A DNA stretch of 64,000 nucleotides from Camelus dromedarius (Eukaryota): NCBI RefSeq assembly GCF_036321535.1, contig NC_087437.1:22694001-22758000 (forward strand), read 5' to 3'. Shown here one piece after another: positions 49,550-60,792 of this stretch. The position numbers and the translations under genes are program-made. Position 1 is the first letter of the stretch. Every line of letters starts with the position of its first letter. The notes under the pieces were generated by a model. That model did no database searches, was not told where the DNA came from, and was given only the letters and a program-made list of their open reading frames with translations.

Positions 49550-50385
49550 CACAAAACAAGGTAGCAGAATAAGCTGTTCTTTCTTCCTCCTCATGCCCAG
49601 TTGCTCCAAAATCTACAGCATCTTCCTTCTTTGCTTCTCTTCCATCTGGCCCTTGGTTACCATCCAAGCACAGGTCTCATCTGTCTGCCTGCTTTCACTC
49701 TCTACCTTGTACACAGCAGCCTAACCGTTCCTTTGCTTTTGTCAACATTACATTCTTCCACTGACTACAGATAGAGTAGGCATTTCTCAACCTGTCATTT
49801 AAGGGATTCTGTAACCAAGCTCTGCCCTTATTCCCAGCCCCATATGTTTCACTGGTCTTCCATACTTCAACAAACTGGAAATACTATTCTTTCCTGGAAT
49901 ATTCTCTACCCCTTTTTCCACCTCCACATCATGCTTTTCCTACTGCTTGGAATGGCTCTTCCACCTCCACACACTACATATATCACCACCACAGTCAATC
50001 AGCTTCTTTGAAATCTTCCTTATCACCTTAGTAAGGATTAATATTGTACCCTCTGAATATCTGTGGTATTTGACCCACTCCTTTAATACTTATCTTGTGG
50101 TCTATTTATTCATTTATTCATATGCTGTGTTTTCCCCAGATTTACCAATAAACTCCTTGAGACCATTCCTTATTGCAGAGTTGAGGCGGGTGGAGGGTAT
50201 AGCTCAAGTGGTAGAGCACATGCTTAGCATGCATGAGGTCCTGGGTTCAATCCGCAGTACCTCCTCTAAGAATAAATAAATAAACAAACAAACAAACAGA
50301 CCTAATTATCCCCAAAACAAACAAAACAGAATTGATACTGATGGGACTCAGTTCACTTGCGTTGAAAGAATGGATGAGTGATGGA
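49550..50385 (+). mobile_element. LINE-2 fragment interrupted by a SINE
   Basis: Pyrimidine-rich body (ttcctggaatattctct, ctgcttggaatggctctt) and tail gttgaaagaatggatgagtgatgg after the SINE. Confidence 0.55.
50185..50326 (+). mobile_element. tRNA-Ala(AGC)-derived camelid SINE (Vic-1-like)
   Basis: gggtatagctcaagtggtagagcacatgcttagcatgcatgaggtcctgggttcaatcc (A box, AGC anticodon loop, B box), (TAAA)(CAAA) tail, cctaatta motif, TSD cagagttga/cagaattga at 50176-50184 and 50327-50335. Confidence 0.88.
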
Positions 50386-51609
50386 GAGAGCACTTTTATC
50401 ATCTGCTCTTCAAAAGCAAGTTTTAAACTTTCTATTGATATGAAATTCAGAAATGCTTAGTAGATATTTTAGTATTCCTAAATATTCCATAACAAATCAA
50501 TGTCTGTAAAGCCATTGTGTAACAGAATATAGGCCTCATTCAGTTAAAACTAGGTAAGAATACCTTGGATCCACAGAACAATTTGACAAATGGTTTTGGA
50601 AACATTAACTGGATAGACACAGAGCAACACTATCTAGTTTTATTCTCTCAGAAGGTTGTTTTGAGAACATCAGCTGCTCACAATATATAGAAAAAGTGTT
50701 CACTGATCTTTAAGCAAAAATATTTTTTTCTTTTCTACACTTTTATCTGTATCAAGCATGAACAAAAGAAGCTTGGCATACGGTATTTCCTGAATTTTTT
50801 ATATTTTTACAACATAGCATTAAAGTAGAATACACTGCTGCTTATATAATGCCAACAGCTCTCATATTTTCCAGTTTTATACCTTCTTATTGGAAGAAAC
50901 TTAGCAAGCCATCAAGCTCAATGCTTTTTCCAAGCACAACAATGCCTAACCATCCCAAAAGTACAAGTGCTCTTACAAGTATTCCAAGAAATGATTACAT
51001 TGCACAGGAATTTATTCCAGCCTCTCCAAATCCTTAAGTCAAGAATTTCATCCAAGCCCCTAAACTACATTCTTCTGATTGTAAAATTTATTACCTCACC
51101 CTGTAACTTTTAAAAACAAAGGCCAAATACTCCTTTTAATCTGTACCATAAAGAAAAAGGAACCAGTAGAGCCACACCAATGGCTTCTGCAATGCCACCA
51201 TGCTGGACTTCTCCCCATAATCCCACCCAGCTTCTTCTCTCTCCAGCACTGGTCCTTATCTCCTTCCACCTGTGTCACTGTGAGAATCCCCAGGCCTCAG
51301 CCCAAGGCACCCTGCCCTTCCTCTTCCCACAGGGCCACTCAGAAGCCTGTCCAGTGGTGTGGGGTATGATAAACCACTCAGGACTCAGGGTAAAGTGCCG
51401 TGGGTCTCAGTTCTGCCTCTGATCAGTAGTGGGACCTTGACCCACTTTGTAATTTCTCTTGATATACCTTATACTTATATTACACAACTAAAATTAGATA
51501 ATATCTTAGTTTCTTCAGCCATTAGGCATCCAGAACAATATTCTACCAACTCCAAGGTGATAACTTCCAAATATTCTATCTGTATATGCTCCACCAAGCT
51601 CTCAGACTC

Positions 51610-52025
51610 TTTCATTTATTCGTTTATTCATTCACAAACTATTTATTCAGCAGCAGTATGCATTGGGCACTATGGTAGGTTTTGAGGATACACTGGTCAG
51701 TAAAAAAGGCATCATCCCTGCCTTTGTGAAGTTTACAGCCTAGAGGACATTAAACAATGTAAGAATGATAATCAGTAAGCAAGAAAATACATATAAAATT
51801 TCAGATGGTGCTAAGTACTTCGAAACAAAAGAGAAGGCAGGAAAGAAAGAGAGAGAGAGGACACGGTGTGAGAAAATCACAGGGCAAGCCCTCTCTGAAG
51901 AGATGGAATTTCAAGACTCTAGGGATAAAAAGGAGCCTGACAACTGAAGAGCAGGAGTAAGACCATTTTAGGAAAAAAGAGTAACATGTATAGAGGTCCT
52001 GAAGCAAGACAAGTGCTTTGTGTGA
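51610..52025 (-). mobile_element. LINE-2 3' part
   Basis: tttattcattcacaaactatttattcagca...catccctgcctttgtgaagtttacagcctag. Confidence 0.75.
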
Positions 52026-52339
52026 CAACTAATCTGTAAAGTTTTAAAATCCTCATAGTCTATGTGATATAATCAAGAACTAAACTATATACTAGCATAT
52101 AGTATACATTAGTATATACTTATCTCCCCAGGATGTTAAATAAATGGAAAAAAACCCAAACACACATTTCATTTATCCCTGGCATACATTAAGCATTCAA
52201 ACATTACCTAGTAGCAGCAATGGTAGCACTGATGTTAGAAGTAGTGTAGTAGTGATGGTACCGGTACTGGCAGTGGGTATTACCAGTGGCAGAGGAAGTG
52301 GTAAGTAGTAGAGGCAGTGAGAGCAGGTAGTGAGAGAGG

Positions 52340-52525
52340 TAGTGAGAGCAATGTAAGGGGCCTTATGGTGGGTGGTCAGGCACTTTATATATAGTGTCTC
52401 ATTTAAACACGAAAACAATCCTACAAAATAGTCCTAATCTCCCCACATTACAAACAAGCAAGTTGGAGATTAAGAAGTTCAAGGAACTTACTAAGGATGC
52501 ATGGCACATCAGTCTGGTGCAGGAT
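52340..52525 (-). mobile_element. MIR fragment
   Basis: gcactttatatatagtgtctcatttaa...ccccacattacaaacaagcaagttggagattaagaagttcaaggaacttac. Confidence 0.6.
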
Positions 52526-52608
52526 TTTTTCCCCATTACCCCTTGGTGACTCCCTACAAGCCTTCCAATAAACGGGCCTTTTTTTGGAGTTCTTTAGCAT
52601 CTGACACA

Positions 52609-52651
<43 letters not shown>
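52609..52651 (+). repeat. (GATT)10 tetranucleotide microsatellite
   Basis: Perfect tandem repeat read directly from the sequence. Confidence 0.95.
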
Positions 52652-53673
52652 ATGAGCAGTTGCATGCAGTGGAGAATTCCCAGTAAGGAAGACAGACAAT
52701 GGGTATTCCATTTCACAGACTAACTAGGGCCCCCCAACACTGGCACATAAGCAACAAATGTGTGTTCAGATATACTCTGGCTATTTATAAAAAATATCCT
52801 TCCCATTAAAAGTCGCCTAGTATGGTAAGTGTATAAGTGGATGCCTGTTTCTCCACCAGCAGTGGGGGCGGTGGGGGGTTACCCTGGAAACTGAGTCACC
52901 TATTGCCAATCTTGGATACCTGGAGGAGCAAATGCTAATTGTGACTCAGTAAGTCACATGATCTAGAACTTAATCTATAAAATAGTTGAGCCATTTAAGG
53001 TCCATTAAATATTTTCTGTTCAGAACTCATAATCTATCCAACGAAAAAACCAAGAGGGCTCCAGAAACTTAGACATTTTCTCCATCTCTTGCTGTAATTT
53101 TTTAAAAAGCAAACACTAGAGTTTGCTGATAAAGAAATCAGTATGTCAATAATACAGGAACAAAATTCCTGATCAGGTGTTTGCTGGCAATCCTGTTAGA
53201 GAACGAATTGTTATAATAACAGAGATGATTATCAGCATCTTTGGGGGTTAACCTGTTCAGAGAAATAATATTACTTAGAAATGCAGATAAAAATAGGTAA
53301 AAGAGTGAGAAGGGAAATAATTTATGCTCTGGTAATAATCAAAGGTAAAAATGAAGAATGTATTTAAATCCTATTCTGCTCACAAGTTCATTTAAAAGGA
53401 TTATTTATTTCAAGATAGATAATTTTCTATTACCCATGAAAGAATTTCTATTACCCAGAAAGAATCACATGGAAGAGATCATCCAAAATAGCAGAAGATC
53501 TACATATTGCTCCTATTTACTTCAGAAATACATTATTTAATTTGCTTTTTGTGTGCTTCAATTAACTTTCCTAAGTCTGATTTAGGATAATATTATAATT
53601 AGTTTGACTTTTCTGAGCCTCACCAAGTGCTAGGAGGAAGTTAATCTAGAAATGTGCGAGTGAGAGATACTGT

Positions 53674-53694
53674 AAAAAAAAAAAAAAAAAAAAA
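53674..53694 (+). repeat. A21 homopolymer
   Basis: Read directly from the sequence. Confidence 0.9.
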
Positions 53695-54590
53695 CTTAAA
53701 AATTACTCGTCTTGAATGAGGAAAAACAGGAGATCACACATTTCCCCTCCTGTCCCAAATCTCTCAAAATGAAAAAAAAAAAAAGATGTATATGTTAAGA
53801 GAAAATGAAATCCATATGGGATTAAAGTGATAAAATGCACTTCCATAATTTCAAGGAAGTTCTCAGCTCTGACATAAAAGGATCTAGAATAAGTCACTTG
53901 AGATCCTGGTTCTTAGCATGTACTTGTATGGTTAAATACAAATTCACTTATTCCAAAGACTGACCCACACACAAGGCACCACAAAAGGTAAACTTATCTG
54001 TTTTCTGAACCAGAGTCCTGGGGGCAGAAAGACATTTTCCTTCCAATAACTGAAGTAGTGCACACATTTGGAATGATGAAATAAATTTTAAAAGATGAGT
54101 AACTTCACAATTTTTCTTTTTGCAGTCTAAGATCCCTAATTAAATTGATGGAGTTAAGATCTCTTGAGACTGACTGTGCGTCAGTGTATTTATAAACAAC
54201 CAAGTGGCCAGTGTTTTGCATTGGCAGCCAGAAGTCAGTCATTCTAGATCAAGGCTTGCAAGTGCAATTTTTTTAAAAAAATTCTCTTCCATTTTTATTT
54301 TGACTTAAGGAAGATTTGAACTGAGTAGCCAGCTGGTAATATATATATAATGACACAAAACACACATGTGAAAACTTGAATCAAGTATCATGAAAGGCAG
54401 AGTCAGCTGAATCATTATTATGTTTTTACCTAATATACCTGTGGCTTGCAAAACAACTATATTAAAAAGCATTCTTTTATAACTTTTAGAAAAAAAAATA
54501 CAGACAACTGAGCTTATAATAAAAGTATATCGAGGTTTAGCTGTTTAGTCAACTAAATTGCCCCATTAGTGTGGTGTTGAAAAGAGGCAT

Positions 54591-54592
<2 letters not shown>

Positions 54593-54637
<45 letters not shown>
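54593..54637 (+). repeat. (GT)22 microsatellite, (CA)22 in the SLC9A9 pre-mRNA
   Basis: Perfect dinucleotide repeat starting 82 nt into intron 2. Confidence 0.95.
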
Positions 54638-54638
<1 letters not shown>

Positions 54639-54719
54639 CTGCATTATATATGGTGGTTCACATATGATGCAATTATTTGTACCGGAAAACAAAAATATAT
54701 GACCAGATAGGATCCTTAC

Positions 54720-54922
54720 CTTTTCGAGTATAGCATTGCCTTGGTGAGGACTGATGTTGTGCTGGCTTATTTCTCTCTTGTATTTATATTCATAAACTTG
54801 GTCACTGATATTAATCAGCAGAGTTGATGGACTGAAGGCCAGTTTTCCACAATCATACACAGTTCCACTTTCAATATCAGTTGGTGCCGTAGCATATCGT
54901 AAAATTAATCCCATTACAAGGC
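54720..54922 (-). CDS. SLC9A9: SLC9A9 coding exon 2, 203 nt: (G)LVMGLILRYATAPTDIESGTVYDCGKLAFSPSTLLINISDQVYEYKYKREISQHNISPHQGNAILEK
   Basis: Acceptor atttatcctttattttag|GC and donor AAG|gtaagg. The peptide matches NHE9 TM2 and the luminal loop as recalled, and joins in frame to exon 3 ([14 protein letters not shown]). Confidence 0.96.
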
Positions 54923-55103
54923 CTAAAATAAAGGATAAATAATTGCACTGGAGGAATGTAATCTAAAATGTTCAGTACTAGATGCTTTTAAATATGTGAT
55001 TTAGAACTTGTATAAGTGGCAGGAAAAAGGGTCATTGCCTGGTTTAGAAAAGTGTTCACTCTTCCATAGATATCAGTTCAATAGATTGTACTGTTAAAAT
55101 ATT

Positions 55104-55650
55104 TGTGATGGACACTCTTAATATTCCCCCTGTTCTCCTTCCTAATGGACCCATAGATTTTGGAGAAAAGAGCTATCCACCTCTTCTATCCATCCAAGTG
55201 CTTCAAGGAAGCCTTGGCTCTGTGACAGATACTGAGTAACCTAATCAGGCAGGAGATGGAATTCCCCTGGAGAAAGCTTCTGGTCCACAGATCAGCACAT
55301 CTCTGAGACAGCCCCATCAGACTACAAGGTAGTACTTATATGCCATGGTTAGGGGACAGGTGTTCTTATTCTCTCCCTTAGGACATGATCAAGGCAATAT
55401 GTTTATCCATGTTTTTGTTGTCAGGTATCTTGTGACCTTCAGGGGATATAGTCCAAAAACATACTGAGGATGGAGGACTGAGATATAGACAGAACCCAGG
55501 TCCTGGATGACTTCACTGAGCCCTGGATCAATCTATCCCAGAGCTATACTAATTCTAGACTTCTTGATATGTGACATACATTTTCTAAGTTTTCAAACAA
55601 TTTAAAATCAAGTTTCTGTTCACCTGTAGCCAAAAGCATTCTAATGATTA
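55104..55650 (+). mobile_element. MaLR solo LTR (MLT1K/L-like)
   Basis: agaacccaggtcctggatgacttcactgagccctggatcaa...tagacttcttgatatgtga...cctgtagccaaaagcattctaa. Confidence 0.7.
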
Positions 55651-56269
55651 AATATTTCTTTTATTAAAGAGTTGAACCCAAGTAACAATCCTTGACTTTT
55701 AAGTTTATAAACTCTGTAAGGATGCTTGTGGTAATCAGATAAATGTGAACTCTCTTAATATTGTGGATTTATTAACAAATAGCAAGGAAGCCCACACATT
55801 CCTCGATTTAAATTTAGGATTAATGTATTTAAGATAAATCCACAGTTCACTCTTTAAAACATCAAATGTTGAGGGTTTTACCATGCTTTTGTGAATCTAG
55901 TCATCTAATTGCCTTTCATTTATTCAATAAAACATTCATTGGGTGCATATTTTACACCAGACATTTACAGGCTTAAAATAAAAATACAGCCCCAATCCTA
56001 CAGGAGCTGAAGTCTGTAAAATGAAGACCCATTAGCAAACAAATATAATACAACATGACATGTGCTATGACAGCTGGTAAGGACTCTGCATTATATGAGT
56101 ATAAAGAAGAGACATGCCAAAGCCCTTTGAATGATGCAAAGCTTTAGATGAATCTTAAAAGGTCACATAAGATTTGTCCAGATGAGCTGAATCAGGGAAT
56201 GAATCAGGATCCAGGCTGCACATGTGGGTGGCAGCACGTGAGTAACAGCAGAGACAGACAGCTATACAT

Positions 56270-56658
56270 TCCCTAGGATTTTTGTTCGTCGATGTGTAGA
56301 ATAGTTGTAGGGAAGTGGCTGCTCAGCCAGAGGTTGTATTTCTGGCTGTCTTGCATCTCGCTGGGTTCCCACCAAAGGAACATAAGAAAAGTGGTATGTG
56401 GCACAGCACTGAAGAAGTAGGTGAGTTTTCTCCCTTCTCTTTCCCCATCTATCAGATGGGTGGGGAGGCAACAGGGCCCTCTAGATAGACAGAGTCACTA
56501 CGCTGAAGCAGCCTGGGTCCCTGAGACATCGGGTAGGGAAAAGACATCCACCAACCAGGAAAACCTGCACTGGACTGTTATGTGAGTGAAAAGTTAACTT
56601 CTCTTGTGTCACCAAAATGTGAGTGCTTCTGTTGTCATTAAGATGACCTAGGAATACA
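56270..56658 (+). mobile_element. MaLR solo LTR (MLT1J-like) nested in minus-strand L2 fragments (~55915-56200 and ~56680-56960)
   Basis: gggaagtggctgctcagccagagg...gcagcctgggtccctgag...ctgcactggactgttatgtgagtgaaaa; flanking L2 motifs cattcattgggtgcatat and ctattgaaagatttcaggcaggagagt. Confidence 0.7.
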
Positions 56659-57549
56659 ATGTATACAGACAGAGGGACTTAAGAAATCTGACGGGTTTAG
56701 AGTATCAGCAGTGGAGTAAGAAGAGAATAAGTGGAAAGAGAGACAGATAGACAGGGAAAGAGACAAAAAGAGAGAACACCTCTAGACTGCAGAAGCCAGA
56801 TCATAAAGAGGCTTCTCTGTCAGGCAAAGAAGTTTTTCTTTTTAACCCAATGATAATATAGAACTATTGAAAGATTTCAGGCAGGAGAGTAAAACAGTCA
56901 CATTTTCATATAAGAACTATCACTTTGGCAATAATGTGGAGAGCTACTTATAGTGAGAGATAAGAATAAAAAGAGATTTCTTTTAAGAATATGTTACCTT
57001 ACTTATTTCTGCTTCAGTGTGTGGTCCACTCCTCCATACTAGTGAGAAATATTTTATCCTAACCTTTGCTGGCAAGAGAAAGTAAGTGACGGATATGTAA
57101 CCACCATGGGTGACGGGCCCGCCACAGAACAGTGGGCAGCCTTCCATGTGCAGCGTCAAACGACCACAATAAAATTAGTCAGGAAGGAGAAAGGAAGACA
57201 CGTCATGTACACTGCATGTGGTTAGGGTGTCTGAGTAAGAACATCATTTTTCTAACACTCTTTGCCTAGGAAGGATTCATTTCCTAAAAGTAACTTGGCA
57301 GGTATGGTGAATGATACTATGACCTCTGCTTTCTGCTGAGTGGAATGGAGAGAACCTGTATTAATACTATTTGAAATTCCCGGAGGGTGACATGCTTGTT
57401 TTCGCAAATGCTTTCAGTGCAATAGCAAGAAGTGAACGTGAAGTGTCCACCATTTTTCCCAAGCAGGGAAAACAGGCATTTGTCATAATAGCAAGTGCTT
57501 AGTACCTGGTCTCTGCAGTTAAATTCATACAATGCCTCAAAAGCTAAAT

Positions 57550-58036
57550 GGCCATGCCTGGCCCCCCATACCAGCTCTGATCCCAGCCTTTAACACGAGG
57601 CACACTGGTGGAAAGCTGCTTGCCACCAGAGGTGACCAAACGTAATGGCCATAAAATACACCTTTCAGATAGATCTCCCACGATAAGGAGCACATTGATG
57701 ACGGTCTGGAATCTGGCTGACCAATGGCTGACCACAGCAGGGGCACTAAGACAGGGAGATGGGACTTCTCTGAAGGGCCACCATAGTTCAAAGACTTCTC
57801 ATCAGCCTGGCCAAACCTTTCTTAGAATTGCACCACAGCCTAAACCTTTTCCTACCCAGCATCCCCTCCTTCCCTCTCTCCACAGGGGTTGGCTGGGGCT
57901 CCACTAAGGCCTGATAGCTGGCCCAGCATCCACAGGCTCCCTCCTCATTTTTCCTCAAAGGAATTTCCCCCAATAAATATTTTGCACAACTAATCTCTTT
58001 CCTGCATCTGCTTCTTGGAGGACTCAAATTAACACA
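57550..58036 (+). mobile_element. ERVL solo LTR (LTR16B/E-like)
   Basis: gacttctctgaagggcca...tttcccccaataaatattttgcacaactaatc...tctgcttcttggaggactcaaattaacaca. Confidence 0.7.
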
Positions 58037-60239
58037 GTAGACAAAAGCCCCTGGCTCTGCTTCTCCTCAACCTCAAGGGTTGAGAGGAATCAACATCTTG
58101 GCATGGTGGAAGGGCCAGTGGGGAAGGCACTCAGTTAACAAACATCCACCCATTTGTGCACCCCAGCTGCAATAGCAGCAACTGAAAAATCCTTGATGTG
58201 GAAGGCCTGACACCTACCCACGGAGCTTCATAATGCCTTTGACAGCCAAACATCCACTCAGAGCTTTAGCCATATGCTGACACAAATGTGGAGTCTTGAG
58301 CTATTGTACTCCAGCCCAAGACTGTATGAGAGCAGGTGACAGATAAAGTAGAATTGCTAGTAGAAAGAGTATGCTAATAAAGGACGGTGGTTTTTACACC
58401 TCAAAGAGATACAAGATAAAGAAAGCATCAACCACCCGTGTACACAAGAAGGAAAGAGGGGACTGTCTACCATGACTTATGGACACAAACCACAACACTC
58501 TCTTTGGTAAGCCATGAACCAGAGCCCTACCTGCCCAGGGAGAAAAGGGGGCAGCCTGTACCAGCAGAGCAATACCACCAACATCTGTGTGGACAGCCCG
58601 GGTTCCAGGTTGTATCCTCACAAGCATGACATTCCATTCTGCTGAGCTCGGTCACCTGGCCAGCTGATGACATTACCTTCTCTAGGCAGGAACTCTAGTC
58701 CAGATGTATTCCCTGGGCCTACAAGTCTGAGCATCTGGGCAATTAGGGTGACAGTAATGGGAACTTGACCTCACCCCAACAAGCCCCAAGATGGAACTTG
58801 GACAACAGACCTCATCCCTAAAGCACTCACAATCCTACAAAGTCCAGCTCACGTCCCACCTGGGGGGCCTGTGCTCTGATGCAGCTTATGCTCACTGATT
58901 CTCTAGCCTTTGAGTTCTTTCAGCACTCACAGTTTGAACACACTGTTTATGGACCAATTTTGTAAAGACTTATATAGTTCAGCTGTGCTTTGTAGACCTT
59001 GGTTTTGTCACCCCCACTAGACAATGAGATGGTTTAGGGCAGAGACTGTGCTATTATTCATCTCTTTTTTCTCTAGAAATGCCAAACACTTTAGGCAGTT
59101 ATAACCCAACTTTCTCCAAGTCCACAAACTCCCTTGAATTCAAGAAGAAAAAGATCTTCTGAATTTATGTAGTTAGTCAGTGACCAACATTTAAAAATGT
59201 CACATGTATGGAGCATCACAACTGCTGCGATGTCCCTTTCCTTACAGAGCTTGCAAAAGAACTCTCATAACAGATGCCTGACATACAGTTGACATGGTGG
59301 TGTTTGAGGGAGAAGAAAGGAGGGAGGGAGGGAGGAAAGAGGAAAGAGAAACATTTCAAAATATAAGCCTCATCCTTCTGGACTGGCTCTCACTTCATTC
59401 TCTACATTGAAAATTACGAGAAAACCCCACTCCCTTCCTCCCTCATTCTGCTTTCATGCTACAGACATGCAAATCATTGCTCTAAGGCTTGTGGGAGTTA
59501 TAAAAATGAATAAAATATGGCCCTGATCATAAAATATTAAAATATTTTAATCTTACTAGCCCTTTTTCTCCTGCCCAATCTTGTGATCCTGATTTCCAGT
59601 AAGAATAAGGTACAAAAAGTGTTTCCTCAGTGTTTTCTTATATTAAGCCTTCATTTCATAACCAATTTCCCTGCATCTTATTGACAGTCATTCTACATGA
59701 TGCTGAAGTGTTATCCTAAAGGGCCTTTTCTTATAGGAATATGGATGGGGATTTACTTTTATATATAATGATTATATTTACATATAATGAAATGGCTTAC
59801 AGAATGGTTTTGAAGATATAAAGTGTTGCAATGTCTTTGGCTCCGTTCAAACTGATGATTGTGTTCACACACTATCACACACACTGCCACACTGCATGGC
59901 CCACTCCAGCAGGCTCCCTTCAGGCTCTTTTTCTGTTGGACTGGTGTTCCCCAGGAGTTGTGCAATGCAACAAGCCCAACTATACACATGCATCTGAACA
60001 GACTATTACACATATATATATTTAAATGCCGCATGGTATCGGAGAGAATTTAGAAGCCTAAAGAAAATGTAGTTAATATATGAAGAATGTAGAACAACAG
60101 AATTCTGTAGTTTTTTCACTCTCTATGCACTAAGGGGCCACCAAGAATAAGCTACAGAAATGAGATATTGTCCCTTACTTAAAAAAAGAAGATAAATCCT
60201 TATAATATGTAATCTTATATTTCACCTTGATAAGGGCAC

Positions 60240-60792
60240 CAGAACTGTTGATTGCCAGTCCAGCATCCATCCTCCCCTTTCCCCGCAACAAAGCCCTGAT
60301 TCGTTCTGCTAACCACCCCTCCCCACACATGCTCAGAGTAAGTTGCTCTCTCTCTCAGTTCCAAGGATGTTTCCATTCCCCTTGCTGATGATTGGTACTA
60401 GAAGGCATGTGAATCTATTCCAGTTTACAATAAAATGTGAAGGGAAGCTTGCTCAGAGGTCTCTTAGAAGTTTTGACATCCTAAGAGAAGAGGGGGAGAC
60501 CAGATGAGCTCTCTTCTTCCTCAGGCTATTCCTGGGCCTGGTTAGGACACCAGGAACCACCATACCCACCTGGCTCCTAGCCTGATGTTGAAGTCAGGAC
60601 TGGGAATGGCAGAGCAGAGCAAAGGAAAGGACCTGGGTCCTTGATGACAATAGTAGACTGCCAGTCAGCCAGCCCTGAAAACTGCCTTTCTCTAGACTTC
60701 TAGTTATGGGAGATTATAAATGTCCATATTGCTTAAATCTGTTTGAGTCAGGGTTTCTGTGACTAGTATCTGAATATGTCCTAATAGATACA
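60240..60792 (+). mobile_element. MaLR solo LTR (MLT1K-like)
   Basis: ccagcatccatcctcccc...ggacctgggtccttgatgaca...tctagacttctagttatggga...ttgcttaaatctgtttgagtcagggtttctgt...cctaatagataca. Confidence 0.75.

Noticed and set aside
50195..50266. Functional tRNA-Ala gene
   Set aside because: It is followed by an A-rich tail and TSDs, has no oligo-T terminator, and the acceptor and T stems are imperfect. It is a SINE head.
54549..54914. 121-aa ORF as a stand-alone gene
   Set aside because: It is SLC9A9 exon 2 plus intron read-through. The Met is internal and the canonical donor is at 54719.
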